Below are positions 62,270-64,000 of a stretch of 64,000 nucleotides of DNA, one piece after another. The position numbers and the translations under genes are program-made. The notes beneath the pieces were generated by a model. That model worked only from the letters and a program-made list of their open reading frames with translations, was not told the origin of the DNA and ran no database searches. Source of the DNA: Candidatus Poribacteria bacterium (GTDB lineage Bacteria > Poribacteria > WGA-4E > PCPOR2b); NCBI GenBank assembly GCA_965198175.1, contig OZ240245.1, forward strand, positions 2,720,001 through 2,784,000, read 5' to 3'. Position 1 is the first letter of the stretch. The number at the start of each line of letters is the position of its first letter.

Positions 62270-62650
62270 TCACTCCGGGTTTAAAATGTCCTCAAATTCT
62301 ACACACCGATTCTCTTTCGCATATTCTCGGCACACATCCCGCCACAAACGGCTCTCCCAAAGCGCTAGAACCAAATCCTTCACTTCGGTATAGTGTCCAA
62401 ATCCTAGTTCACGTGTTAATTCCCCCTCAAACGCGCTCCAACTAACATGTTCTCCATTTATGTATTTGTTATGGTATTTCTCGCAAATATCATTTACCTT
62501 CGTCATCCGCGAATCTTGCCGCGTCCAGTTGTGTTGTATCATGAACCGGTCAAGCGGCCATTGACCCTTATGCCTGCTTTCGCTAAGTATTAAAGTAATC
62601 GCATCCGCAATCATCTCAATATGGTCTCTAATGGTGTTTTCATCCGACAT
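62270..62650 (-). CDS. Hypothetical protein
   Basis: 126-aa ORF with AAGGA RBS. Confidence 0.65.
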   Translation of the reverse strand: MSDENTIRDHIEMIADAITLILSESRHKGQWPLDRFMIQHNWTRQDSRMTKVNDICEKYHNKYINGEHVSWSAFEGELTRELGFGHYTEVKDLVLALWESRLWRDVCREYAKENRCVEFEDILNPE

Positions 62651-62988
62651 TTAAAAATCCTTTCTGAAAAAATTCCGCGCTCCGCAATAACCTCGAGCAA
62701 ACATGATTATGAAACATTCAAAATCTATTTAATTCATCAACGCACTCCATAATAGTCCCTATGTACGCATATACGTTAAATTCATACTTTTGCGGGACGC
62801 AGCCGCGGTGTAAAATTTTTCTTAACGCGGCTCACGACCCTGAAAATTCCCATTAAACGCCATGCGTTTAGTTTACCGAATCCCATCCCTGACTGTCAAC
62901 CGTTCATTTCCCATCGCTCGCCCGCACCACGGTTCCCACCTAAGACACGCCTCATATTTCTTGCCTGCTTAACTTTCATTTAGATTTT

Positions 62989-63021
62989 GTAGGTTGGGTT
63001 AATCCACCGCCGAAACCCAAC
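62989..63021. repeat. GTAG-type REP
   Basis: GTAGGTTGGGTT...AAACCCAAC hairpin. Confidence 0.7.
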
Positions 63022-63134
63022 TCTGAATAGTGGCAAAATACTCCCGTCGAGAAACAATTGCATCAATCCGAGTAAAACATTGATTCAAAATTGAAAAACA
63101 TGCAAAAACACATAGTGTTTACTTGACATCCTTG

Positions 63135-63265
63135 GAGCGTGTTTGAAAAGTCTAAGTCCGTCTTCACGAGAGAAGCCATATTGGGGCAAACGCCCTGAAA
63201 ATCCCGTGGTTTTGACCCTCATGTAACGAAAATATGGGTATGCGACCTAATTTTCAAACAGGCTC
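63135..63265. mobile_element. 131-bp MITE with IS5/IS1182-like ends
   Basis: GAGCGTGTTTGAAAA / TTTTCAAACAGGCTC, 14/15 inverted repeat, non-coding interior. Confidence 0.65.
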
Positions 63266-63311
63266 TTAATAACGGACTAAAAATGGCTATTGACACTTTT
63301 AGTTTTATCTA

Positions 63312-64000
63312 GGTTCTGTTGACATTTGGTTATAAGGTTGTGCATAATAGAGGAATGATGCCCATAACCTTATCTGATGCCCAATGGAGAAAGATATACC
63401 AGTTTCTTCTAAGCTGTTCCAACATCTATGTCCGGAACGAAATTGATACTCGACGATTCGTCGAAGCCCTTCTGTGGGTGACTCGTAGCGGTGCGCAATG
63501 GAGACTCTTGCCTACTGCCTATGGCAATTGGAACTCCATCTACAAGCGGTTTAGCTGCTGGTGTGACAAAGGAATCTTCGCACAGATGCACTGCTACTTC
63601 GCCTCTGACCCAGATATGGAGACACTTATTATTGACACGACCATTTGCCGGGCTCACCCATGCGCGGCTGGAGCCTCAAAAAAAACGGAGGTGCTGAAAA
63701 CCAAGCACTAGGCCGCTCTCGAGGCGGCTTCAGCACCAAGATTCACATCACAGTTGACGCGCTAGGTAATCCGCTTAGACTCCAGCTAACCCCCGGTCAG
63801 AGACACGACATAGCTGAAGCCGAAGCGTTGATAGTTGGATATGACAGTGAGTATGTTATTGCAGACAAGGGATACGATTCGGACGGTTTTATTGACGTTA
63901 TTGAGACGAATGGAGCGATGGCGGTGATACCGCCTCGACGTAATCGTGGCACTCAAAGAACATATGACAAACATATATACAAAGAGAGACATCTGGTTGA
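63312..64000 (+). mobile_element. IS5-family element, second copy, cut by the window end
   Basis: Same IR GGTTCTGTTGACATTT after TA; orfA, A8 frameshift site, then orfB LGRSRGGFSTKIH...ADKGYDS. Confidence 0.93.

Overview
The window looks like a bacterial chromosome segment from Candidatus Poribacteria. This is an inference from LamG proteins with a KLxTxWAxxK C-terminus, PhyH dioxygenases, a DUF6785-like transporter and GTAG-type REPs. The backbone carries katG, a PhnP-like MBL hydrolase, nfo, HU, a MoxR ATPase, holA, metG, an amidase, coaE, a BatA/vWA protein and a long catabolic oxidoreductase region. Three accessory blocks interrupt it: about 0.7-4.4 kb (frameshifted IS1595 with passenger genes and a HerA-like remnant), about 14.7-18.8 kb (secreted protein, IS5, IS1595), and about 53.9-64 kb (REP-studded defence island with Cas2/VapD-like + 2TM pair, GIY-YIG, SIR2-like, DUF262-HNH + EcoRI-type methylase, MITE, IS5). 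The strongest finding is a roughly 580-nt structured non-coding element at 31640-32225 with its own sigma70 promoter. Its motif order and helices match OLE RNA as I recall it, yet it has no oapA next to it and appears to lie outside Bacillota. A second promoter-driven structured non-coding block lies about 1 kb away (30250-30701, minus strand). Several IS1595-associated blocks are bracketed by convergent promoter-like inverted repeats. All family calls come from motif recognition without database searches.
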